64,000 bases of DNA, taken from positions 1,347-65,346 of the forward strand of contig DASPWT010000207.1 in NCBI GenBank assembly GCA_035637655.1, in the 5' to 3' direction. Shown in pieces: positions 53,701 through 64,000 of the stretch. Source of the DNA: Burkholderiales bacterium. GTDB taxonomy: Bacteria; Pseudomonadota; Gammaproteobacteria; Burkholderiales; SG8-39. The notes beneath the pieces were generated by a model. It was not told where the DNA came from. It was given only the letters and a program-made list of their open reading frames with translations, and made no database searches. Positions within the stretch are counted from its first letter, which is position 1. Each line of letters opens with the position of its first letter. The position numbers were made by a program, and so were the translations under genes.

Positions 53701-54069
53701 CTACGGACCCAGCAGCCGCTTGACTGCCTCAAGCAGCTCCCGGGTGGCGAACGGCTTGGTGATATAGGCGTCTGCGCCCAGCGCGAGGCCCTTGGCGACC
53801 TCGGTTTCGCGGCCCTTCGCGGTCAGCATGATGATCTTCACCGGCTTGAGCTCAGGCGATTCGCGGATCACCTGGCAGACTTCGAAGCCGTTCTTGAGCG
53901 GAAGCATGATGTCCAGCAGCAGCAGGTGTGGCCGGAATTCCCGCGCCACGCTCAGCGCGTCGTCGCCGTTGGCCACTGTCCGGATCTCGTATCCGCTCTG
54001 CTCCATGAGAAACTCCAGCGAGACAGCGATGTTGGGCTCGTCGTCCGCAATCAGCACCCGCTGTTTCAC
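53701..54069 (-). CDS. stand-alone CheY-like receiver protein
   Basis: [19 protein letters not shown] and ITKPF motifs. GTG 54069 with a GAGGG RBS, 1 nt after the kinase stop. Track start 54111 trimmed. Confidence 0.85.
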   Translation of the reverse strand: MKQRVLIADDEPNIAVSLEFLMEQSGYEIRTVANGDDALSVAREFRPHLLLLDIMLPLKNGFEVCQVIRESPELKPVKIIMLTAKGRETEVAKGLALGADAYITKPFATRELLEAVKRLLGP

Positions 54070-54070
54070 G

Positions 54071-56842
54071 TCACGCCCTCGCGGCAGCCGCGGCCGCTCT
54101 CGAATCCCCAACGGCGCTGATGGGCAAGGTGAAGGAGAACGATGCGCCTTCCCCGGGCCCGCTCTCCACCCAAAGGCGCCCTCCGAAATGGCCGATGATT
54201 TCGCGGCAGATAGGCAAGCCCAAGCCGGTGCCCTGCGGTTTCTCGGTCAGCGTATCGCCCACCTGCCGGAACTTCTCGAAGATGATCTGCTGGTCCTCGG
54301 GGCCGATGCCGATGCCGTTATCTATTACATCGACCCGCAACGCTTCCGCTTCACGGCTCAGCCGGATTTCCACCCGTCCATGCTCCTTGTCGCAGAACTT
54401 CGCCGCGTTTGACAGCAAGTTAAGCATGACTTGCACGAGCCGATCGCGATCCGCGAACAGCGTGGGAACCTCGGGCTCGAGTTCGGCCATGACCCGGATG
54501 CCGCGCTCCTTGAACAGCTGGCTGGTGGCCGTGATCGACTCCTCAATGATCTCCTTGAGTTCCACTTCCGTGTTGTGCCATTCGGCGCTACCCGATTCGA
54601 TCTTGGCGAGGTCGAGCACCTGGTTGATGAGGCGCGTGAGCCGCTCGGACTCCTTCACGATGATGCTGAGGAATTTGGTGCGCTCGGCCTCGTCGAGGCG
54701 GGGATTGTCATTGAGGATCTCCGAGAACGCGCGGATCGAAGTGAGCGGCGTGCGCAGCTCGTGCGTCACGGTGGAGATGAAGTCGTCTTTGAGGCGGTCG
54801 AGCTCCTGCAGCCGCTGGTTGGCACCGCGCAGCTCGTTGGTTGCCGCCTCGAGTTCCTGTGATTTCTGCTCCAGCTGCCGGCTATAAGCGAGAACCTGCG
54901 AGGCCTCGTCGATGATGCTCATTACCTCGTCGATGTCCAGGGGCTCCTCCTCGACGACCGAGGCGACCATGACGCGGGCCGAAGCGCTGCCGATGGCGCC
55001 GGCGAGGAGCGATTCTGCGTGGTGCACCAGATTGGCGTCGGCCGAGAGCGCCTCGGCCGATCGCACACCGCGGCTGTGGGCGTAGGCGGCAAACGCCTCG
55101 TGCGCGCGCTCCGGACCGAGAAAACGGCCCACCAGCAGCAGCAAGTCGTTGACCGAGGCGCTGCCGCGCCAGAAGCGCGAACCGGGAGACGCCAGCGGGT
55201 GCTTGAGAGCATCGACGAATACGGTGGCTTGTCCGTGCTCGGCCGCATTGGGCCCCTTGATCAGCGATACGCCGACGTAGCAGCCGATGTTGACGAGCAT
55301 GCTCCAGAAGAGGCAATGTGTGATGTCGTCCAACCCCTGGAGTCCGAGCAGGTGCTGCGGCTTGAGGAGATCAGTGCCGAACAGCCCGTGAGAAAGAAAG
55401 GTGATCGGCAGCCAGCCCGACTTGGCGAAAGAGGGCAGCAGCAGCGTATAAGTCCAGACCAAGAAGCCCGCTGCCAGGCCGCAGAACGCGGCAGTGCGCG
55501 TACCCCCCTTCCAGAAGATTCCGCCGATGATGGCTGGGGCAAACTGTGCCACCGCCGAGAACGAGATCAGCCCAATGGAAACCAGCGCATAGGCTTCCCC
55601 GGCCAGATAGAAGTAGAGATAGCCCAGCACCAGGATCAGCACGATCGCCCCGCGGCGGATGCCGAGCAGCAGCCCGGAGAGATCGCGCCGCTCAGTCAGG
55701 CGAAGCGCCTTCGAGCGCAGCAGCACCGGCATCACCAGGTCGTTGCACACCATGGTGGAGAGCGCGATGGTTTCGACGATCACCATGCCGGTCGCAGCCG
55801 AAAGTCCGCCGATGAAGGCGAACAGCGCGAGCCACGGCTGCCGTTCCGCGATCGGCAGCGTCAGCACGAAGGTGTCGGCATCCACTGTGCCGTCCGGAAA
55901 GTGCAGTAGCCCGCCGAAAGTGATCGGCAGCACGAATACATTGATCGCAAGCAAGTAGAGCGGGAACAGCCAGATCGCCTTGGTCAGGTGACGCTCGTCG
56001 ACGTTCTCCACGACCGTCACCTGGAACTGGCGCGGCAGGAACATGATGGCGGCCATCGAGAGAAAGGTGAGCGAGGCCCAGGTCGCGTAGCCGCCGCTCT
56101 CGCTTCCCAGGGTCAGCAGGGCGCTCGACCGGGGCGTCTGGCGGGCGCGGTCGAAGATGTCGCCGAAACCGTCGTAGAGCCAGAACGTGACGAACAGCCC
56201 CACCGCGATGAAGGCGAGAAGCTTCACCAGCGACTCGAACGCAATGGCCGCGACCAGGCCTTCGTGGCGCTCGGTGGCGTCGAGGTGGCGGGTGCCGAAC
56301 AGGATAGTGAAAGCCGCGAGCAACATCGCGATGTAGAACGTGTTGTCGCCCAGGAACAGGGGCGCGCCCTGGTTTTCGGGCGTTGCCAACGCGGGATACT
56401 GGAGGACGATCAGGAAGGTGCCGGATATCGCCTTCAGTTGCAGCGCGATGTAGGGGATGATCCCGACCACGGCAATGATCGTCACCAGGCCGCCGAGCAT
56501 TTGGCTCTTGCCGTAGCGCGAGGCGATAAAGTCGGCGATGGAGGTAATGCGGTTGTGCTTGCTGATGCGGATGATCTTCAGCATCACGTACCACCACAGC
56601 GCCGCCATCAGCGTTGGCCCGAGGTAGATCGGCAGGAAGCCGATGCCGCTCGTCGCCGCGCGCCCTACGCTGCCGTAAAAAGTCCAGGACGTGCAGTAGA
56701 CCGCGAGCGACAGTGCATAGATGTAGGGGTTGGCGATGATGCTGCGGCCCGCGTCGGCGCGCTTGTCGCCGTAATAGGCGATCGCGAACAGCAGCCCCAC
56801 GTAGGCGAAGGAGGCGATGACGATGACGGGGGCGGTGAGCAT
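54071..56842 (-). CDS. sensor histidine kinase with N-terminal sodium:solute-symporter (SLC5/SSF) domain (CbrA/CrbS/MxtR-like), no receiver domain
   Basis: 923 aa. About 500 aa of SSF-type TM helices, a STAC-like linker, a coiled coil, the H-box [14 protein letters not shown] and HATPase boxes ([21 protein letters not shown]). The protein ends right after the ATPase domain. Confidence 0.9.
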   Translation of the reverse strand: MLTAPVIVIASFAYVGLLFAIAYYGDKRADAGRSIIANPYIYALSLAVYCTSWTFYGSVGRAATSGIGFLPIYLGPTLMAALWWYVMLKIIRISKHNRITSIADFIASRYGKSQMLGGLVTIIAVVGIIPYIALQLKAISGTFLIVLQYPALATPENQGAPLFLGDNTFYIAMLLAAFTILFGTRHLDATERHEGLVAAIAFESLVKLLAFIAVGLFVTFWLYDGFGDIFDRARQTPRSSALLTLGSESGGYATWASLTFLSMAAIMFLPRQFQVTVVENVDERHLTKAIWLFPLYLLAINVFVLPITFGGLLHFPDGTVDADTFVLTLPIAERQPWLALFAFIGGLSAATGMVIVETIALSTMVCNDLVMPVLLRSKALRLTERRDLSGLLLGIRRGAIVLILVLGYLYFYLAGEAYALVSIGLISFSAVAQFAPAIIGGIFWKGGTRTAAFCGLAAGFLVWTYTLLLPSFAKSGWLPITFLSHGLFGTDLLKPQHLLGLQGLDDITHCLFWSMLVNIGCYVGVSLIKGPNAAEHGQATVFVDALKHPLASPGSRFWRGSASVNDLLLLVGRFLGPERAHEAFAAYAHSRGVRSAEALSADANLVHHAESLLAGAIGSASARVMVASVVEEEPLDIDEVMSIIDEASQVLAYSRQLEQKSQELEAATNELRGANQRLQELDRLKDDFISTVTHELRTPLTSIRAFSEILNDNPRLDEAERTKFLSIIVKESERLTRLINQVLDLAKIESGSAEWHNTEVELKEIIEESITATSQLFKERGIRVMAELEPEVPTLFADRDRLVQVMLNLLSNAAKFCDKEHGRVEIRLSREAEALRVDVIDNGIGIGPEDQQIIFEKFRQVGDTLTEKPQGTGLGLPICREIIGHFGGRLWVESGPGEGASFSFTLPISAVGDSRAAAAAARA

Positions 56843-56881
56843 GGGCCAAGGCGTCAGGCCGCCGGCACGTCCTATCGACCC

Positions 56882-57082
56882 TCAGTCATTGCGCTTTTCG
56901 ACTACCAGCGCCATGAGCCCGATCAGCAGCGCCCATACCGCGAACACATAGACGTAGAGCACCGGGATGCCCAGCACCTGGCCGGGGCCGGCGAACAGAT
57001 TGAGAAGCGGGTAGTTGAACAGCAGGAAACCCAGCAGAAACAGCGCGGCCAGCCGCTGCCCCTTGATGCTTGGCCGGATCAT
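56882..57082 (-). CDS. small two-TM membrane peptide upstream of the SSF kinase (CbrX/DUF3311-like position)
   Basis: 66 aa from ATG 57082, with RBS GAGGAGGAGGG upstream. MIRPSIKGQRLAALFLLGFLLFNYPLL and a second TM helix. Confidence 0.6.
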   Translation of the reverse strand: MIRPSIKGQRLAALFLLGFLLFNYPLLNLFAGPGQVLGIPVLYVYVFAVWALLIGLMALVVEKRND

Positions 57083-57122
57083 GGACCCTCCTCCTCTCAA
57101 TGCCCGGGCGAACGGGCTGCAA

Positions 57123-57145
57123 CGAGCGGTCAGTGTAGCAAAGCC
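57123..57145 (-). repeat. copy 2 of the 23-nt perfect repeat (promoter/leader core) upstream of the small-peptide/kinase operon
   Basis: CGAGCGGTCAGTGTAGCAAAGCC, identical to 50003..50025. The flanks also align down to the RBS. Confidence 0.9.
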
Positions 57146-57166
57146 CCTGCTGCTGCCGTAGCGCTC

Positions 57167-57191
57167 AAAGAAAGCCCCGCCGAAGCGGGGC
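57167..57191 (-). terminator. rho-independent terminator downstream of groEL
   Basis: On the minus strand, GCCCCGC-TTCG-GCGGGGC followed by TTTCTTT. Confidence 0.75.
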
Positions 57192-57280
57192 CTTCGTAGC
57201 AGACCGAGGAGGGGGTAACGGGGGGGAACCTCGTTCCCCCTGTTCCGAAACCTGCCCGGATATGTAACGCGCTACGCGCC

Positions 57281-58960
<1,680 letters not shown>

Positions 58961-59257
58961 TTACTTCGCGACGACGCCCATGATGTCGTCTTCGCGCATC
59001 ACCAGATACTCGGTGCCTTCGACTTTCACGGCTTGCCCGGAGTACTTTCCGAACAGGATGCGGTCACCGACCTTGACGTCCAGCGGACGCACCTTGCCGT
59101 CCTCGAGGATCTTGCCCTTGCCGATCGCAACGACCTCGCCTTGATCGGGTTTTTCTCCGGCGGTGTCGGGAATCACGATCCCGCCTGCAGACTTGCTTTC
59201 GGCATCGAGGCGCTTCACTACGACGCGGTCGTGCAAGGGACGAATCTTGGTCATCAT
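58961..59257 (-). CDS. groES: co-chaperonin GroES
   Basis: [12 protein letters not shown] and [12 protein letters not shown] motifs. Confidence 0.98.
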   Translation of the reverse strand: MMTKIRPLHDRVVVKRLDAESKSAGGIVIPDTAGEKPDQGEVVAIGKGKILEDGKVRPLDVKVGDRILFGKYSGQAVKVEGTEYLVMREDDIMGVVAK

Positions 59258-59328
59258 TGGATGTCCTCCTTTTGAACAAGTTAGCGACCACTGACTGATG
59301 TGGCCATGAATAAATAGGGGAAACTACG

Positions 59329-59355
59329 TTAGCACTCATCTCCAGCGAGTGCTAA
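59329..59355 (-). promoter_or_regulatory. CIRCE operator (HrcA binding site)
   Basis: TTAGCACTC-N9-GAGTGCTAA, a perfect match to the CIRCE consensus, 72 nt upstream of the groES ATG. Confidence 0.9.
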
Positions 59356-59384
59356 TCATACGGGCGAGGTCGGCAAATTTCAAG
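59355..59384 (-). promoter_or_regulatory. groESL promoter
   Basis: On the minus strand, CTTGAAA-TTTGCCGACCTCGCCCG-TATGAT. TTGAAA-17 nt-TATGAT fits sigma70. CTTGAAA...CCCGTATGA also resembles the sigma32 consensus. The -10 abuts CIRCE. Confidence 0.65.
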
Positions 59385-59544
59385 CCCCGCCGGGGACCTG
59401 CGCGGGCGCCGCTCCGAAATGCGGTTGGGGCCACCGAATATTTTCCGATGCCTTGCTGCGCCCGTTGGCGATAAGTATCCAAATTCCGAGAATAAACCTG
59501 TAATGTGCAGAAGTTGGATTACATAGGTTTGCCAAAGTCTTGGC

Positions 59545-59574
59545 TTGACACAAGTTTCCCCCTTGGATTACAGT
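59545..59574 (+). promoter_or_regulatory. sigma70-type promoter for the outer-membrane protein gene
   Basis: TTGACA (59545..59550), 18-nt spacer, TACAGT (59569..59574), about 70 nt before the ATG. Confidence 0.55.
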
Positions 59575-59645
59575 GCCGCGGTGCCGCCAAGACTCGATTT
59601 TCAGACTGATTCCGGGTATTCAAGAGGGAAAAAGGGGCCTGCTAG

Positions 59646-60296
59646 ATGAAACACCCCGCTCTGCGTTGCACGGCCGCAGCACTGCTGCTGTCGGGCGTGT
59701 GCTCCACTTATGCCGCGGACCCTTATTGGTACACGGGCCTGGGAGTCGGCTACTCCCGGGTTCAGTTCTATCCGGCGGATTTCAAAGCCGGAGTAGCCGG
59801 TGTCGACGAAAGCAAGAAGGAGTTTGATGCGGGTTTCAAGGGATTTCTCGGTTACCAGATCAACAGGAACTGGGCTGCCGAGGTGAGCTATGTTTCCGTC
59901 GGCAAATTTCAGTATAAATACACGGACACGACTACAAATGTCACTCAGCTAGACGACTACAAAGTAACGGGATGGGGGTTCTCGGCTTTGCCAACGGTTC
60001 CCTTGACCAACAACTTCTCCTTTTATGGCCGATTGGGAGCCTTCTTTTCCCAGGCAAGAATAACGTTCTACAACGCGGGTTTTGTTGTTGGGAATAACGG
60101 CGTCGGCGTTCTCGGTGACCAAACCAGCCTGCTGTCCGGCTTCGGGGTCCAATATTTTTTCGGCGGCGAGGACGGCTTCCGCATCGAGTACGAAAATTTC
60201 GGCAGGGTCGGCAGCGCATGCACCCCCAGCGTTGTAAGCTGTTCCGGCCGGGCCAATGCGAAGATGATCTCGGCCAGCGGTATTTTCAAATTCTGA
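59646..60296 (+). CDS. small outer-membrane beta-barrel protein (OmpA-beta-barrel/OmpW-like porin family)
   Basis: Signal peptide ending YAADP, alternating aromatic beta-strand pattern and a terminal F (GIFKF). AT-richer than the flanks. Confidence 0.75.
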   Translation: MKHPALRCTAAALLLSGVCSTYAADPYWYTGLGVGYSRVQFYPADFKAGVAGVDESKKEFDAGFKGFLGYQINRNWAAEVSYVSVGKFQYKYTDTTTNVTQLDDYKVTGWGFSALPTVPLTNNFSFYGRLGAFFSQARITFYNAGFVVGNNGVGVLGDQTSLLSGFGVQYFFGGEDGFRIEYENFGRVGSACTPSVVSCSGRANAKMISASGIFKF

Positions 60297-60310
60297 GCGC
60301 GATTCAGTCC

Positions 60311-60338
60311 CAAAACCGGGAAACTCTCCCGGTTTTTT
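60311..60338. terminator. rho-independent terminator between convergent OMP and ubiD genes
   Basis: AAAACCGGGA-AACTC-TCCCGGTTTT followed by TTG; A/T runs on both sides allow bidirectional action. Confidence 0.8.
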
Positions 60339-60366
60339 GTTTCGGGTGTTTCTTGTTTGGGCGCCG

Positions 60367-61845
60367 CTACAGACCGAGCTCCTTCCAGAGTCGGTCGACG
60401 CGGTTTTTCACTTCGGCCTGCATCGCGATCGGCCGACCCCAGACGCGCAGAGTTTCCGCGGGCCATTTGTTGGTGGCGTCGATTCCCATCTTCGATCCGA
60501 GCCCCGCGACCGGGCTCGCAAAATCGAGATAGTCGATCGGGGTGTTTTCCACGATGAGCACGTCGCGGTTCGCGTCCACGCGCGTGGTCAGCGCCCACAC
60601 GACCTCCTTCCACTCGCGAATATCGACGTCATCGTCGGTCACGATGATGAACTTGGTATACATGAACTGCCGCAAAGTGCTCCAGATTCCGAACATCACA
60701 CGCTTGGCATGTCCGGGGTATTGCTTTTTCATGCTCACCACGGCAAGCCGGTAGGAGCAGCCCTCTGGCGGCAGGTAAAAATCCTCGATCTCGGGAAACT
60801 GCTTCTGAAGGATCGGCACGAACACTTCATTCAACGCTGCGCCGAGCACCGCCGGCTCGTCCGGGGGCTTGCCGCTGTAGGTCGAGTGGTAGATCGGCTC
60901 GCGGCGCATGCTGACGCGCTCCACCGTAAACACGGGAAAGGTTTCCTTCTCGTTGTAATAGCCAGTGTGATCTCCAAACGGACCTTCAACCGCGGTTTCG
61001 CCCGGCCGAATCGCGCCTTCGAGCACGATCTCGCTTGACGCCGGCACCTGCAGATCCGAGCCGAGACAGGTTGCAAGCTCGGTGCGCGAGCCGCGCAGCA
61101 GCCCGGCAAACTGATATTCGGAGAGGGTGTCGGGCACCGGCGTAACCGCGCCGAGAATCGTCGCGGGATCGGCGCCGAGCGCCACTGCCACCGGAAAGGG
61201 CTCACCCGGCCGCGTCTCGGAATGTTCGCGAAAGTCGATCGCGCCACCGCGATGGGGAAGCCACCTCATGGTGAGCTTGTCCGGAGCGATCAGTTGCTGG
61301 CGGTAGATGCCGAGATTCTGACGCGCCTTGCGCGGCCCGCGCGTTACCGTCAATCCCCACGTGATGAGCGGTCCTGCGTCTTCGGGCCAGCACGTCTGAA
61401 TCGGCAGGCGCGATAGGTCGACTTCCTTCCCTTCCCACACGACCTGCTGGCACGGAGCGCGCGAAATTTCCCTCGGGGCCATGTGCATCACTTGTCTTCC
61501 GATCGGAATCCAGCGCTCGAGCACGTCGCGAAATCCCGTGGGCGGTTCCGGTTCCCTGAGGAACGCCAGGAGCTTTCCGATGTCGCGCAGCGCCTCGCGT
61601 GGATCCGCGCCTATTTCCGCGCCCATGGCAAGCGCGACGCGGCGCGCCGTGCCAAACAGATTGCCGAGCACTGGGATCGTGTGGCCCTTGGGCTTTTCGA
61701 AGAGCAGCGCCGGGCCACCCGCCTTGAGCACGCGGTCGCAGACCTCGGTTATTTCGAGCTTCGGATCGACCTCGGCGCGCACCCGCTTCAGCTCGCCTGC
61801 GCGCTCGAGCTGCGACAGAAAATCGCGCAGGTCGCCGTATCTCAT
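60367..61845 (-). CDS. ubiD: 4-hydroxy-3-polyprenylbenzoate decarboxylase
   Basis: 492 aa. [23 protein letters not shown]-terminus is typical of UbiD. Confidence 0.9.
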   Translation of the reverse strand: MRYGDLRDFLSQLERAGELKRVRAEVDPKLEITEVCDRVLKAGGPALLFEKPKGHTIPVLGNLFGTARRVALAMGAEIGADPREALRDIGKLLAFLREPEPPTGFRDVLERWIPIGRQVMHMAPREISRAPCQQVVWEGKEVDLSRLPIQTCWPEDAGPLITWGLTVTRGPRKARQNLGIYRQQLIAPDKLTMRWLPHRGGAIDFREHSETRPGEPFPVAVALGADPATILGAVTPVPDTLSEYQFAGLLRGSRTELATCLGSDLQVPASSEIVLEGAIRPGETAVEGPFGDHTGYYNEKETFPVFTVERVSMRREPIYHSTYSGKPPDEPAVLGAALNEVFVPILQKQFPEIEDFYLPPEGCSYRLAVVSMKKQYPGHAKRVMFGIWSTLRQFMYTKFIIVTDDDVDIREWKEVVWALTTRVDANRDVLIVENTPIDYLDFASPVAGLGSKMGIDATNKWPAETLRVWGRPIAMQAEVKNRVDRLWKELGL

Positions 61846-61888
61846 CTCTCTAGACGATCGTTGCTGTGGCGGCGCCGTCGATCGAGAT

Positions 61889-62779
61889 TCAGGTCCATGG
61901 GAATCCCCGCCTCATCGCGAGGTCGACACAAATTCCGACAAAAATGATGGCGCCGACCCAGTTGTTGTGATTGAACGCCTTGAAGCAGGCTTCCCGGTCG
62001 CGGTCGCGGATGAGCCGATAGTGATACGTCATGAATGCGGCGGCCCCGGCGAGACCCAGATAGTAGACCAGACCCAGCCCACGGTGCAGGCCGATGCCCG
62101 CAAGCAGCGCGAGCATCACGCCGTAGCAAGCCATTACCGCAGGTACATCGTATCGGCCGAGGGTGATTGCAGCTGTCTTGATGCCGATGCGCAGATCATC
62201 CTCGCGATCCACCATCGCGTATTCGGTATCGTAGGCGATCGCCCAGAAGATGTTGGCAAGGAGCAGCCACCAGCCCTCGGCCGGGATGGTTCCGAGTATT
62301 GCGGCGTACCCCATCGGAATGCCGAAGCCGAACGCGATTCCGAGATAGGCCTGCGGAATCGCAAGAAATCGCTTGGTCAGGGGATAGGTCGCCGCAAGGC
62401 CGAGCGCGGCAAATGAGAGAAGTACCGTAAGCCGGTTGAGCGACAGCACCAGCCCGAAGGAGGCGAGCGTCAGTGCCGAGGCGAGAATCCAGGCTTCGCG
62501 TCGGCTCACCAACCCCGTGGCGAGCGGTCGGTTCCGCGTGCGCTCTACGCGAGCGTCATAGCGCCAGTCAGCGAGGTCGTTCATCACGCACCCGGCCGAG
62601 CGCATGAGCAGCGTCCCCAGCGCGAAGATCCATACGATCCATCCCTGCGGGCGGCCGTTCCCCGCCAGCCACAGCGCCCACAGCGTGGGCCACAGCAGAA
62701 GCAGCGTGCCGATCGGCTTGTCGAGCCGCATCAGGCGCTCGTACAGCGTCAGCCTGGCGGCGAGAGCGGCGAGATTCAT
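61889..62779 (-). CDS. ubiA: 4-hydroxybenzoate polyprenyltransferase
   Basis: NDLADWRYD (NDxxDxxxD) and [13 protein letters not shown] motifs. Real start is ATG 62779. The upstream 214 codons of track ORF 61889..63421 are a shadow over recG. Confidence 0.9.
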   Translation of the reverse strand: MNLAALAARLTLYERLMRLDKPIGTLLLLWPTLWALWLAGNGRPQGWIVWIFALGTLLMRSAGCVMNDLADWRYDARVERTRNRPLATGLVSRREAWILASALTLASFGLVLSLNRLTVLLSFAALGLAATYPLTKRFLAIPQAYLGIAFGFGIPMGYAAILGTIPAEGWWLLLANIFWAIAYDTEYAMVDREDDLRIGIKTAAITLGRYDVPAVMACYGVMLALLAGIGLHRGLGLVYYLGLAGAAAFMTYHYRLIRDRDREACFKAFNHNNWVGAIIFVGICVDLAMRRGFPWT

Positions 62780-62805
62780 GGCGAGCGCATTGTAGCGTGC
62801 AGGCC

Positions 62806-64000
62806 TCAGGCACTTAAAAAATCGCCGCGCCCACCGAGCCAGCGCTCGAGGTGCCGTTCTGCCGACTCGGGATGGTCGGCGAGGAGCGTCTCGGCCACCG
62901 AGCGCGCCGGTTCGATCAGGCCTGCGTCCTCGGTAAGATCGGCAAAGCGCAACAACGGCGCTCCGCTCTGGCGGGCGCCGAGATATTCGCCGGGACCGCG
63001 CAGCTTGAGATCTTCTCGTGCGATGACGAATCCGTCGGCATTCTCGAAAATCACCCGCAGCCGCTTGCGGGCGGTTTCCCCGAGAGGATTCTGATAGAGC
63101 AGGACACACGCGGATTGCGTCGCGCCGCGTCCGACACGCCCGCGCAGCTGGTGCAATTGCGCAAGGCCGAAGCGCTCCGCATGCTCGATCACCATGAGCG
63201 AAGCGTTGGGGACATCCATGCCCACCTCGATCACGGTCGTTCCCACCAGCAGGTCGATCCGGCCTGTCAGGAAAGCAGCCATGGTCTGCGCTTTCTCGGC
63301 GGGTTTCAGGCGCCCGTGGATCAACCCGACCCTCAGTTCCGGAAATTCGCGGCTGAGCGTCGCGTGCGTATCGAGCGCCGTCTGCAGCTGCAGCTGTTCG
63401 GACTCCTCGATCAACGGGCACACCCAGTATGCCTGGCCTCCGGCGCCGCAGGCCTCGCGGATGCGTCGCACGACTTCTGCGCGGCGCGAATCGGCGACGA
63501 GCTTCGTGACCACGGGCCTTCTTCCCGGCGGCAGCTCGTCGATGACCGACACGTCGAGATCGGCGTAGTAGCTCATCGAAAGTGTCCTCGGAATCGGCGT
63601 CGCGCTCATCATCAACTGGTGCGGCTCGTCTCCTTTGGTGCGCAGCGCCAGCCGCTGCGCGACGCCGAAGCGGTGCTGTTCGTCGACAACGGCGAGGCCC
63701 AGAGAACGGAATTCAACTCCATCCTGGAAGAGCGCGTGCGTGCCGATGACGACCGCGGCTCTTCCAGAGGCTATCGCGGCGCGCTCCGATTCGCGCTCTT
63801 TCTTGGTCTGGCTTCCCGTGAGCCACGCGATTTCCAGGCCGAGCGGCCCGAGCCACTCGCCGAACTTGCGGAAGTGCTGCTCGGCGAGAATCTCAGTGGG
63901 TGCCATCACCGCGGCCTGCAGACCGTTTTCGATTGCGCGCAGGACGGCGAGCGCGGCGACTACCGTCTTGCCGCTGCCGACATCGCCCTGCAGCAGTCGA
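62806..64000 (-). CDS. recG: ATP-dependent DNA helicase RecG (N-terminal part lies beyond the window)
   Basis: DEQHRFGV and MSATPIPRTL motifs. My translation of 63910..64000 continues in frame as RLLQGDVGSGKTVVAALAVL (Walker A). Confidence 0.9.
   Translation of the reverse strand, partial: RLLQGDVGSGKTVVAALAVLRAIENGLQAAVMAPTEILAEQHFRKFGEWLGPLGLEIAWLTGSQTKKERESERAAIASGRAAVVIGTHALFQDGVEFRSLGLAVVDEQHRFGVAQRLALRTKGDEPHQLMMSATPIPRTLSMSYYADLDVSVIDELPPGRRPVVTKLVADSRRAEVVRRIREACGAGGQAYWVCPLIEESEQLQLQTALDTHATLSREFPELRVGLIHGRLKPAEKAQTMAAFLTGRIDLLVGTTVIEVGMDVPNASLMVIEHAERFGLAQLHQLRGRVGRGATQSACVLLYQNPLGETARKRLRVIFENADGFVIAREDLKLRGPGEYLGARQSGAPLLRFADLTEDAGLIEPARSVAETLLADHPESAERHLERWLGGRGDFLSA

Noticed and set aside
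57123-57148. Possible sigma54 (-24/-12) promoter in the repeated GGCTTTGCT core.
   Set aside because: There is no GG dinucleotide 12 nt upstream of the GC of TTGC in either copy. The sequence fits an extended -10 sigma70 element better.
55692-57199. Two long ORFs (55692..56849 minus strand and 55988..57199 plus strand) over the 5' part of the SSF kinase.
   Set aside because: Both are Arg/His-rich with no TM pattern. The in-frame SSF kinase ORF shows canonical transporter helices and kinase boxes.

Overview
The window is GC-rich proteobacterial chromosome, and its gene order looks beta-proteobacterial (miaB-phoH-ybeY-corC-lnt-glyQS-gmhB-plsC; dusB-fis-purH-purD-hemF). Almost all of it is core housekeeping, densely packed and often translationally coupled through ATGA or GTGA overlaps. 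Recognisable blocks are rpe/apaG/mltA/dsbC, lptD-surA-pdxA-rsmA facing amgK-murU-pepP-ubiH, argH facing an AlgZ/AlgR-like pair followed by hemCDXY, hemA-prfA-prmC-grxD, groES-groEL behind a perfect CIRCE operator, and recG-ubiA-ubiD. Two tRNAs are present: Met-CAT and Phe-GAA. I found no transposase, integrase, CRISPR array, rRNA or obvious prophage. Many long ORFs in the track are Arg/Ala/Pro-rich shadow frames or in-frame upstream extensions of real genes, so I trimmed or rejected them. The region most worth a second look is a roughly 10 kb same-strand locus at about 47.1-57.15 kb. Its gene order is: small membrane peptide, SSF-domain histidine kinase without a receiver, stand-alone receiver, membrane-anchored HAMP/PAS/degenerate-kinase protein fused to a DEDDh 3'-5' exonuclease, CBS-DUF294 nucleotidyltransferase, FixJ/LuxR regulator, then a DUF4212 small subunit and an SSS large-subunit symporter. 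Its two transcription units carry near-identical promoter/leader copies with a 23-nt perfect core. The outer parts resemble the CrbS/CrbR (MxtR/ErdR) acetate-switch circuitry. The exonuclease/DUF294 core has no assigned function as far as I know. Secondary curiosities are a visibly AT-richer pair of unrelated Fe(II)/2OG-dioxygenase-like genes next to tRNA-Met, several orphan small proteins, and some intergenic palindromes and repeats. All family assignments come from motif recognition by eye; no database search was run.
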